A stretch of DNA of 64,000 nt, taken from NCBI RefSeq assembly GCF_009914755.1, contig NC_060927.1, one strand, 5' to 3'. The stretch is from the human T2T-CHM13v2.0 reference genome, Homo sapiens. A program made the translations under genes and the position numbers. Under the pieces are notes generated by a model. It saw only the letters and a program-made list of their open reading frames with translations, did no database searches and was not told the DNA's origin. Positions within the stretch are counted from its first letter, which is position 1; every line of letters begins with the position of its first letter. Positions 1 to 13,530 of the stretch are shown here, piece by piece.

Positions 1-915
1 CAAAAGCCTTTTCTGCATCTATTGAAATAATCACGTGTTTTTTGTCTGTAGTTCTGTTTATGCGATGAATCACATTTACTTGCATATGTTGAACTAACCT
101 TGATTTGCATGTATTGAACCAGCCTTCATCCCAGGGATGAAGCCTACTTGATCATGGTGAATTAGCTTTTTGTGCTGCTGGATTTGGTTTGCAAATATTT
201 TGTTGAGGATTTTTGCATCAATGTTCATCAATGATATTGGCCTGAAGTTTTTTGTTGTTATTGTGTCCCTGCTAGGTTTTGGGATCAAGATGATGCTGAC
301 CTCATAGAATGAACTGGGGAAGAGTCCCTCCCCATCAGTTTTTTGGAATAGTTTCTGCAGGAATGGTACCAGCTCTTCTTTGTACATCTGGTTGAATTCA
401 GCTGTGAATCCATCATGTCCTGGGCTTTTTTGTTGGTGTTGAGCTATTTATTACTGATTCAGTTTTGGAGCTTGTTATTGGTCTGTTTATGGAATCAGTT
501 TCTTTCTGGTTTAGTCTTGGGAGGGTGTGTGCATCCAGGACTTTATCCATCTCTTCTAGGTTTTCTAGTTAGTTTGTGTAGAGGTGTTTTTAGTAGTTTG
601 TGATGGTTATTTTTATTTCTGTGGGGTCAGTGGTAACATTCCCATTATCATTTCTATTTATTCGGATCTTCCTTCTTTTCTTCATTAGTCAAGCTAGCAG
701 CCTATACAGCTATTAATTTTTTCAAAAAATAAATTCCTCAGTTCATTGATCATTTGAATTTTTTTTTGTGTATCTTCATTTCCTTGAGTTCAGCTCTGAT
801 TTTTGTTATTTTTCATCTTCTGCTAGCTTTGAGGTTGATTTTTTCTTGCTTCTCTAATTCTTTCGGTTGTAGTGTTAAGTTGTTAATCTGAGATCTTTCT
901 AACTTTGTGATGTCA
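1..915 (-). mobile_element. LINE-1 ORF2 fragment (old L1PA/L1PB class), continues beyond the left edge
   Basis: ORF 94-387 gives L1 ORF2 motifs ([43 protein letters not shown]); frameshifted. Confidence 0.9.
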
Positions 916-1094
916 GCTAATTTGTAATACTTGTCTTTCAAAGCAAATCCAAAATTATGTAAATATTTCTGTTGAAAAAATAACTAGAAAATTTTTGCTT
1001 ATTCAAGCTCTATACTTTAAAAATTTAACACGTAGGTTTAACATGCACTAAAATTTTAATATTCTTAACAAGTTATAATAGTTTTCCAGGTTTC

Positions 1095-1396
1095 TTTTTT
1101 TTTTTTCTTTTTGAAACAAGGTCTCACTCTGTCACCCAGGCTGGAGTGCAGTGACATGATCATGGCTCACTGCAGCCTCAACTTCTCAGGCTCAAGCAAT
1201 CCTCCAGCCTCAGCCTCCCTAGTATCTGGGATCGCAGGTGTGTGTCACCACACCCATGTTTTTATTTTTTATTTTTTTGTAGAAATGAGGTCTCACTGTG
1301 TTGCCCAGGCTGTACTCGAACTTCTGAGCTCAAATGATCTTTCCACCTCTGCCTCCCAAAGTGTTGGGATTACAGGCATGAACCACTGCACCTGGC
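1095..1396 (-). mobile_element. AluJ-type SINE
   Basis: Poly-T followed by reverse-complement Alu dimer; degenerate TSD ttttccag(g/a)tttctt. Confidence 0.9.
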
Positions 1397-1924
1397 TATT
1401 TTCCAGATTTCTTAAGTGTGCAAATATTAGAATTTCTATAGTCTACATAATTTTTAACAACAACAGCATATAATGCTGGAAACACTTCCAAAGTTTTGTT
1501 TTTAAAGAGCTCTCTCCATAGCATAAATATCTTTCAAGAAGTATTTTCTTATTTTTTTGTTAGATTCAATTTTTTTATGGTGTGTCACATTTTAGTGTCA
1601 GTTAATTATCATTAGTAAAATCCAGCATATTTAAATCACTTGATTTTTTTTTGTAAGAGAAAATGAATAACTCATGTGTAAGTTTGCCAACTATATTAAG
1701 GACTCTATTACAATATTACCTGCCATCCTCTGTGTGATTATTTCATTGAATGTTGTGGTACACTCTCCACAGCCCTTCAGGACTATGTTGATGGCTGAAG
1801 TCTCTCAGTTGCTTCATTTTCTAGGTATTGCACTCAGGGAAAGAAAGCTGTCTCACCCAAAGTCACACTGCTTCCCAGAAGGCAGCTCTCCTCCAAAGAC
1901 CAGCCTATGGTAAATTTAAAGGCT

Positions 1925-2712
1925 TGAATCCTCTTACGCTGTTGGTGGAAATGTAAATTTGTAAATTTATAGACAACAGTGTGGAGACTCCTCAAAAAAC
2001 TAAAAATAGAACTACTATATGATCCAGCAATCCCATTTCTGGGTACATATCCAGTGGAATTGAAATCAGTATGTTGAAGAGATATCTGCATTCCCGTGTT
2101 CACTGCAACACTGTTCACAATAGTGAAGATGTGGGAGCAACCTAAGTATCCATCATCAGATGAATGGTTAAAGAAAATGTAATATATATGCACAATGGAA
2201 TACTACTTAGCCTTGAAAAATAAGGAAATTCTGTCATTTTTGACAACATGGATGAACCTAGAGGATATTGTACTAAGTGAAATTAACCAGGCACAGAACA
2301 ACAAATGCTACTTGATCTCACTTACATAGAGAATCTAAAAAATGTTGAACTCATAGTAGTAGAGTTTAGAATGGTGGTTACCAGAGGCTGGGAAAGCAAG
2401 TGAATGGGGAAAGGAGAGATGTTGACTGAAGAGTAAAAGATTTCAGTTAGGAGGAATAAGTAAGTTCTGGCACAGCATGGTGCCTATATTTAACAACAAT
2501 GTATATTTCAAAATTGCCAAAAGAGTAGATTTTAAATGTTTTCACCACAAATAATAGATATGTGAGGTGATGGATATGTTAATTAACTTGATTTAATTAT
2601 CCCACAATGTATATTATATATATTGTGGGATATATAATAACATCACATTGTACTCTATAAATACATATAATTATTATTTGTCACTTAAAAATAAAATAAA
2701 TTTAAGAAAAAA
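1925..2712 (+). mobile_element. L1MA/L1MB-type 3' end
   Basis: ORF2 C-terminal DNA (gatccagcaatcccatttctgggt, atggatgaacctagagga), L1M 3'UTR and A-rich tail near 2690-2712. Confidence 0.85.
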
Positions 2713-2719
2713 AGGCCTG

Positions 2720-3212
2720 GCTAGCTTGCTGCAAGGTGAGACAATACTGACAGGCTGTCTGAGCTCCCCATGGGATTGGTTGAGGACACTGTGGTAACTG
2801 CATCAGAGTTCATCTTCTTCCTCTGCTCATTCCTGCTTCCTTCACTTTTCCTTGGCTGTTGAGCCTGAGGGCACTCCCCGATATAATTTTTTTCTTTTTT
2901 TCTTTTTTTAATCACTGCTCATTGCAGCCTCAACCACCCCGGCTCAGGTGATCCTCCCATCTCAGCCTCCTGGGTAGTGGGGACTATAGGTACCCACTAC
3001 CACGGCTGGCTAATATTTTGCATTTTTTTTGTAGAGGCAGGGTTTCACAATGTTCATCAGGCTGGTCTCAAACTCCTGGGGTCAAGCTATCCTTCTGCCT
3101 CGGCCTCCCAAAGTGCTGGGACTACAGGCATGAGCCACTGCCCCCGGCCCCAATATCATTTCTATATGCAGCTCTCCATGTCAGAATTTTCTTTCCAAAA
3201 AACTTGATCTAA
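2720..3212 (+). mobile_element. Old ERVL LTR 3' fragment (LTR16-like), split by an Alu
   Basis: gtaactgcatcagagttcatcttcttcctctgctcattcctgcttcc...ggcactcccc, resuming after the Alu as gctctccatgtcagaattttctttcc. Confidence 0.5.
2887..3149 (-). mobile_element. AluJ with a deletion near its 3' end
   Basis: Reverse Alu lacking the roughly 45 nt next to the tail; degenerate TSD cc(g/a)atat(a/c)attt. Confidence 0.85.
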
Positions 3213-3437
3213 ATTAGTTACATTCCATAAGAGAGTGCAAAGAGTCCTCTAAAATTTTAAATGTCTTGTTTTTATAAAACTAACCTCACCCATAACATCC
3301 TGTAGCACTTTGCTGTCTTCAGGCTTCACCATATTTTTCATGACAGCTCACTTGTGAGTGAGAAAGAAAATGTATTTCATGTGGGGTATTTTATCTATAT
3401 CCTTGCTTGGGAATTTAAAAAATTCCAATTCAAATAG

Positions 3438-3794
<357 letters not shown>

Positions 3795-4452
3795 TTATTA
3801 TTGAAGGAAAATATTACTTGTTTTTTTTTTAACAGCTCACATACAAAAAAAAGCAGTTATTCATGTGTTTTATTATTGGAAACAGAATCCAGAAAATACC
3901 ATAGCTAAAATGTGTTAGAAACATCAGTGCTTCATCTAAATATATAGCAAACTTTCAACACTACATAATTTGTTCCAACATTTGTTTCTGCAATCTACTA
4001 TAATGTTTTCTATATATCATCTAACAATATTTGCTGACAAAGGAATGCATTTAGGCTTCATCATATGCTCTTTCTTTTGTATTGTTTCAGCCATTTTTAC
4101 CGTGACAGAAAGAACAAGTGTTGCCCCAATGGACGTGGCTGTGCTTTTTACCTTTGCTTTAAAATGATAAATCTCTAAAGAAGCTTCTACATTTTTATTA
4201 CTATATTTCATGATACTTTGTAAAATTCTATATTAGTGTTGTGTGACTTTATAAATCCCTGAATAATTGTAGTAGTTTTTCTTTAGATTTGAAATGCTTA
4301 GTTTGCTTTTCTTTTTCTTTTTTTCATCAGTTTGGTGAAAAAAGGGATGCTTAGTTTTAACACATCCTGCTAAATTTGTGGCATCATGCTACCATTTTCT
4401 ACTTCTATTTCCGGCAATATGGCAAATTATTTTACCCAGAAAGCTTCCTGAT

Positions 4453-4821
4453 TTCCTTTCCTTTCCCTTTTCTTTTTCCCTTTCCTTTCCCTTCTCCCCT
4501 CCCCTCCCCTCCCCTCCCCTCCCCTCCACTCCCCTCCCCTTCCCTTTTGCAGACAGAGTCTTTCTGGGTCACCTAGGCACAATCTCGGCTCACTGCAACC
4601 TCGGCCTCAGTTCTCCTGCCTCGGCCTACTGACTAGCTGGGACTACAGATGTGCACCACCATGCCCGGATAACTTTTTTTTTTTTTTTTTTTTGGTATTT
4701 TTAGTAGAGACAAGGTTTCGCTACGTTGGCCAGCTGGTCTTGAACTCTTGGCCTTATGTGATCCAACCACCTTGGCATCCTAGAGTGCTGGGATTACAGA
4801 TGTGAGCCACTGTGCGCAGCC
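4453..4821 (-). mobile_element. Old Alu with tail expanded into (TTTCC)n/(CCCCT)n
   Basis: Alu body about 4550-4821; pyrimidine repeat 4453-4548. Confidence 0.85.
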
Positions 4822-4869
4822 ACCAATATCTTTCTTTAAAGCCTGTAAAACCCTGAGCATTGGCGAAGT

Positions 4870-5297
4870 AAATGTAAAACCTCTTTGAAGGAACATCTTC
4901 AATCCCGATAGAATTACTGCCAATAGAATCCTGCTGCTGAAGATTTCATAATACAAAATTGCAAAATACAGAAGAAAACAACATGCCACAATTGAGAATC
5001 AGCATACATGATAAGCTTTAGTAATATACTATCAAAAACATAAAAGAACTATTGAATAGCAAAGAGAAAATAAATATGCATAAATTGGTTAAGGATATAA
5101 ATAGGAAATCCAAAGCATGAAAGAAAAAAAAAACACTATCAAAAAGACCAAGAAAATTTAAAAAAAGAAATACATACAACCAAATTGAACTTTTAGAAAT
5201 AAAAAATATAGTCACTGATATTAAAAACTCAGCAGACAGATTGAAAAGATTTGACTCAGCTGAAGATGGAATTAATACACTAGAAGATAGATCTGAT
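4870..5297 (+). mobile_element. Ancient L1M ORF1-region fragment
   Basis: A-rich coiled-coil-type DNA (caaattgaacttttagaaataaaaaatatagtcactgatattaaaaactca...gaagatagatctga). Confidence 0.6.
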
Positions 5298-5551
5298 TGG
5301 AAATGAAATTGTGATGCAGTTTATTTTATTATTCCTTTGGACATTGTACCTTGCTCATCTGGCCACTTCTCTGAAGTGAAAGCCTGTTGCCTGTTTTGAG
5401 TTAGCATCCCTTTCTCTTTTCTGCTTTAGTGTGCCAATCTTGTATTTCTGGCTCCTTCTCCTCATGAGTGAACCATTTGCCAGAGATATTCCTACTTGTA
5501 GCATATATGAGTACTCTTAATGAATCTGCTTCCTTTTTGATAAAGTGTACA

Positions 5552-5801
5552 TTTTTTTCCCTTCCCTTCCTTCCTTCCTTCCTTCCTCCCTCCCTCCCTC
5601 TCTCTCTCTTTCTCTCTTTCTCTTTCTTTTCTTTTCTTTTCTTTTCCTTTCTTTCTCTTTCTTCCTTTCTTTCTTTCTTTCTTCCTTCCTTTCTTCCTTC
5701 CTTCCTTCCTTCCTTCCTTCCTTCCTTCCTTCCTTCCTTTCTTCCTTTCTTTTCCTCTCTCTCTCTCTCTTTCTTTCTTTCTTCTCTCTCTCTCTCTTTC
5801 T
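5552..5801. repeat. 250-nt uninterrupted polypyrimidine tract of (CCTT)n/(CTTT)n/(CT)n
   Basis: Only C and T between these coordinates; abuts the tail end of an Alu. Confidence 0.95.
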
Positions 5802-6076
<275 letters not shown>

Positions 6077-6818
6077 TAATGGTACATTTTCATAATATTG
6101 AAAGAAGTTGCACTTTACATCACTGAGCCAGTACTAGTCATCAGGGAGGAAAGTAGGAAATCTAGAGTTAGGCAAATAGTCTTGGTTTTTATTAATAATA
6201 AATTATTTATTAATAATAAAAATAGATAAAACATATTCTATAAAATAGGTATTCTAAATTTGCTTACTAACCTGAAAATATTCTAAAACATAATAAAAAT
6301 AATTTTAAATAATTATATTAAAAAGTGTGGCTTTATGAATTAAACTTTTCAAAAGAGAAAGTTACCCGAACTATCTGTGTCATACACACACGGATATGTA
6401 TGCATGTACACAGACATACATATAATTTACTCATAGATCAGAGGAATACTATAGACAGAATGTATATAAATTATTCTGGGCAAGTTAGATTAATGTATGC
6501 TATATTAGCCAAGGTTCAGTGCAAGAAGTAGAAACAATTGTAGATATTTTAGGCATAAAAGAATATTTCATAAAACTTCACCAACTATCAGGTGCACCCT
6601 TATTTCTAAAAAATGCTAAGTGCTATTAAGCTATGCCAAACTGCCTTAATGATAGTCTTGAATTAGTTGGTCACATCAGCCTTTTATTATTTGAAGTTAT
6701 TTTACCTATTTTGTGGGATTTGGTTATTTCTACTGCTTTTGGTTGCATTACTTGACATGAGATAGGCAATTCTTTTGCACATATTTAAGTAATGAAATTG
6801 GGAATCTCTGTTATAAAG

Positions 6819-7012
6819 CAGGGGCTGGCAAACTATGGCCCATGGGCTAAACCTGTAAATAAAGTTTCACTCCAACACGATCATGCCCTTTTGTTTATCT
6901 ACTATCTCTAACTCCTTCTACAGTGGCAGAGTTCAGTGGTTGTAGCAGAAAGGATTGTATGACTTGAAAGAAAAGGTGGGCCCTTTACAGAGAAAAAGCT
7001 TGCTCAACCCTG
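6819..7012 (+). mobile_element. MER58A (hAT-Charlie MITE)
   Basis: caggggctggcaaactatggccc...gtaaataaagttt...ggccctttacagagaaaaagcttgctcaaccctg, with terminal inverted repeats. Confidence 0.8.
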
Positions 7013-7971
7013 CTACAGGGAAATATATATCATAATAGGAGCTATCATCTCGATATTGTGGTACAACTATGCTAAGTACTTTATGTGCGATAGAAGTCTC
7101 TTATCCAAGAGGGAAACAAATGTTAGTTGATTGACTGATCCATTCAATCAGTCAACAAATATTTATAGAGTAACTACCATCTGATGAGAGACATATTCAA
7201 GGAATTTGAAATATAGGGCATTAAAAGACAAACAAAAATCATTGTTTTTATAGAGCATACACTCTAATTGCCTGTGAGAGGCCAGGATAAGGGTCGATAA
7301 AGAGGAGTTAGAAAATGACTGAATTAATATGTAAAACAAGTATTATGACAGATCATGATAAATGCATGTGAAAAGAAATGCAGGAGAGGTAGTGCTAGAG
7401 GCAGGGCTTCAAATTACGAAAGAGAAATCAGTTATGACATTAGTCTGGGCAAGGACTTTTTGGAAAAGCTGTCAAAAGGGCAGGTAACAAGAGCAAGACT
7501 AGACAAATGGGACTACATCAAACTGAAAAGCTTCTGCACAGCAAAAGAAAAAATCAACAGAGTGTGAAGAGATAGCCTACAGAAATGGAGAAAATATTTA
7601 TAAACTATGCATTAACTAAGAAGTTAATATTCAGAATACCTAAGAAACCCAACTCAATAGCAAAAAAAATTCGATCAAAAATGGGAAAAAGCTCTGAATA
7701 AATATTTCCTAAAAGAAGTCCTACAAATGGCCAACAGGTACATGAAAAAATCCTTAACATCACTAATCATCAAGGAAATACAAATCAAAACCACGATGAG
7801 CCATCACCTCACCCCAGTTGGAATGGCTATTATCAAAAAGACGAAAAATAGCAAATGTTGACTCATATATGGAGAAAGGGGAACTCTTCCTGTACGCTGT
7901 TGGTGGGGATGTAAATTTGTACAGCCATTATAGAAAACAGTATGGAGATTCCTCAAAAAATTACAAATAAA

Positions 7972-8100
7972 GGTGGATGTGGTGGCTCATTCCTGTAATT
8001 CTGGCACTTTGGGAGGTTGAGGAGGGAAGATTTCTTGAAGACCAGCTTGGGCAAAATAGTGAAACCCTGTCTATGCAAGAAACAGAAAAATAAGAAAAAA
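7972..8100 (+). mobile_element. Alu left monomer (FLAM-like)
   Basis: ggtggctcattcctgtaattctggcactttgggagg...gaaaccctgtct plus A-rich tail. Confidence 0.75.
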
Positions 8101-8408
8101 CTAAAACTAGAACTACTTTGTGATCCAACAGTCCTACTACTGGTGTATATCCAAACGAGATGAAATCAGTATGTCAAAGAGATATCTGCACTGCAATGTT
8201 TATTGCAGCACTATTCATAATAGGCAAGATATGGAATCAATCTAAATATCCAAATATCCACCAATGGATGAATGGATAAAATGTGGTGTATATACCTAAT
8301 GGAATACGATTCAGCCATAAAAAGAGTGAATTTCTGTCACTTTTAACCACATGGATCAAACTAGAGGACATTAAGTGAAATAAGCTAGGTACAGAACAAC
8401 AGATACTG

Positions 8409-8731
<323 letters not shown>

Positions 8732-10167
8732 TCATGATCTTACTCATATGTGAGATCTAAATAACTTGATCTTATATAGAAGTAGAGAGTAGAATAGTGG
8801 TTACCAGAAGCTGGGGAGAGTACAGGGAAGGAGAATGGTGGGAGATTGGTCAACAGGTACAAAGTAACAGGTAGGAGAGGAGAAGTTAGTTCTGGTGTTC
8901 TATTGCTTAGTAAGATGACTATAGTCAACAATAATGTATTGCATACTTCAAAATAGCTAGAAGAGTGGAGTTTGAATGTTCTTACCACAAAGAAATGACA
9001 AGTGTTTGAGGTGATGGGTATGCTAATCACCCTGATTGATCATTGTACAATATATATACACATTGAAACATCACACTGTAACTCATAAATATGTGCAATT
9101 ATTATATGTCAATTAAAAACAAAGAGAATGGAAAAGTCAGAAAAGTCTCACAAAGGCAATGGTATTTGAGTGAGGACCTGAGGGAGGTGAGGACAAGCCA
9201 TGAGGATATCTAGGAGGAAAGCATTCCAGGTAGAGGTAGCAATCACCTCACAGGCAACAAGGAGGGGAAACGTCTTGCGGTTTTGAATAAAAAGTAAGAA
9301 GGCTTGTATCTTTAAAGTGAAGAAATAAGTAGAAAATAAGATCAAAGAGGTAAAAAGAAATGGTGCAGGGTCCGTGCAGATTATGGACTATTGTGGAGAT
9401 TTTAGTTTTTGTTGTGGGTGAGTTGGGAAGCCATTGGAGAGTTTTGAGTGGAGGAGTAATATGAGTCTACTGAACTGGATACCTCTGTTGCTTTGTGGAG
9501 AAGAGCTGGAAATGGGGCAAGACAGAAAGCCATTAGAAAGGGCTTAGGAGGCAATTAAGGAGCATTTGCCATAACCCACCCAAGAGCTGGGAGTGCCTTA
9601 GACCTTTGCAGTAGTGACAAAGATGGTAAAAATCCATATGCAAACTTTTCATGGTGGAAAACATAGAATATGTATGGAAGTGAAGAGAAGAATATAAGAA
9701 ACCCCTCCAACTTCAAAAAAATTAGTAACTCAGGACCAATTTTCTCTTGTTTATTACCTATTCAATCCTCCTACTATATTATTTTGAAGAAATCTCAGAC
9801 AGTTTTGGATGTATTTAGAAGGTAAAGCTGATAGGATTTACTGCTCGTTTGGAGGTGGGGAGTAGGCTTTAAGGAAGACTCCTTGAGTACCGGGAAGGAA
9901 AAGCTGAGATTTACTGAGATGGGAAAGACTAAACATGGGGCAAAGCTTTTTATGATGTTTATGTTGGGGGAGTGAAAATCAGGAGTTCGGATTTTCATGT
10001 TATAGTTTTGAGAATTTATTAGCTATTCAAGAGATGAGATATATATCTCCAGACTTCCTAGTGTGATAATTTGGGGGATCTTTTTGATTGGCACCTGCTG
10101 ACCTCACCCATTATATTTCCTTCCAATTCCCCACAGGAATTGGATCCTCTTTTGTTTTTTTGAATGT

Positions 10168-10346
10168 CAATGATTCCCAAATGTTGCTGCATGATAGGAC
10201 CACCTGGGAGAGACTTAAAAAGCTCTGATGTGCAAGTTGCATCTCAGATCCACTGTATCTGAATGTCTGAGGGTGGATCCAGGCATCAGTACTTTTAAAA
10301 AGTCTCCAGATGATTCCAATATACAGCAAAGTTTGGAAACACACTG
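10168..10346. mobile_element. MER5B-like hAT MITE
   Basis: caatgattcccaaa...ccaggcatcagtacttttaaaaagtctccagatgattccaat...tttggaaacacactg. Confidence 0.7.
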
Positions 10347-10355
10347 CTCTAGTTC

Positions 10356-10538
10356 CAGTATTGCAAAGCGTGGTCCCCATCCAGCAGATGTGGTCCTTCA
10401 GCCAGCAGTGTTGGCAACACCTAAGAATTTGTTAGAAATGCAAAATCTCAGGCCTCACCCTGACCTACTGAACCCAAACCTACATTTTAACATCTTCTAG
10501 CGATTTATATTCACATTAATGTCTGAGAAACACGTCTG
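10356..10538 (+). mobile_element. MER5A1-like hAT MITE
   Basis: gtggtcc...tgttagaaatgcaaaatctcaggcctcaccctgacctactgaa...cattttaaca. Confidence 0.75.
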
Positions 10539-10544
10539 TCTTTT

Positions 10545-10848
10545 GTTTTTATGCCTTTGCAGAAGTTATCTTCTCTGCCAAGTTGCCTGCCCACCCATCC
10601 TGCTGCCTCATTCCCATTTATCCTTTAAGATTGACCTCAGCCATTCCCTTCCTGGAAGGCTTTCTTATCCTTCCCACACCATGCTCAGGCTATTCTTCTG
10701 GGGACACCCTCTATTTACCTTTATTATATCTTTTATTACAGCTTACTGTAATTGTTGGTTTAGCAGATAGTCTCTTAGATTTTGGGTCCACAGCGGCAGA
10801 GATCCATATTCCTGGTAATATGTGCTCAGTCAGTGTTTGTTGAATGGA
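10545..10848 (+). mobile_element. L2 3' fragment
   Basis: gcctttgca...ttcctggaaggctttc...gtgctcagtcagtgtttgttgaatg. Confidence 0.55.
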
Positions 10849-11071
10849 GCAGCTAAGGCAGGAATTGGTCAGGTGGGACTGTCACAGGCCTACATGGCAG
10901 GGCACTGAGTCTGTCAGATGAAACCACTGGAGACACTGGCTCTAATGAGCAACAGCCCTAGTGTGGGTGAGCTCTGATCTTTGAGCTGCATGAGACTATT
11001 GATTCTCTTTTATCTTCTGTGTTATGGGGAGAAAGACTGTGGCTTACAAGATGTGTGCTCATAGCCTGAAC

Positions 11072-12766
<1,695 letters not shown>

Positions 12767-13029
12767 CATAGCCTGAACTTTTAAGGTATACCATCTTCAT
12801 AGCAGTGATAGGGAATGAGGGATTAGCATAACTTGAATTTATTCTAAATTTTATTAAAATTGTTTCTTATGATAACTTCTTTTCCTAATTTTTAAAGTAG
12901 TACATAGAAAAGAACAATGAAAATATAAATTATTTGCAATTCTAAAACAGCAAAAAAGAAAATTATTTTAGCTTGTGCCTTTCTAGTATTAATATAAAAA
13001 AATACTGCATTTGTCATATAAGGACCCAC

Positions 13030-13530
13030 ATCATCTGATACCTTTAGTACCTATCTAACTTTTTTTTCTCTCACTTGTTTCCTCTTCTTTAGACACAGTC
13101 ACCTCATTGCTGTTGCTTATGCACCTCAGGCACACCCACCTTCAGGCCTTTGCTCTGGCTGTCTTTTCCAAGTGGGGTAATCTCCCTCATACCTCCTTGC
13201 CTTCTAGTCTGTGCTCAAATCCCACATTCAAAAATTGCCTATCCTGACCACACTATTTAAAACTGCAACCCATTTCCACATTTCATCCCCACCTCCAATG
13301 CCTGCTTCCAATCCCCATTGTCCTGCTTCACTGTGCTTTTCTTAAGAGAATTTAGGATTTTCTAACAGACTATGTAATGTACTTATTTTATTACATCTAT
13401 TATTTATTGTCATTGTTGATTCTCTACTTCCTCCCCATTTAATCTTCAAGGGCAAAAGATTGTTATGAATTTAATAGTGACAGGCATATAGTAGAAGCTC
13501 AATAAATATTTGTTGATGGAATGAATGAAT
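13030..13530 (+). mobile_element. L2 3' end
   Basis: caggcctttgctctggctgt...ggcatatagtagaagctcaataaatatttgttgatggaatgaatgaat. Confidence 0.8.
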
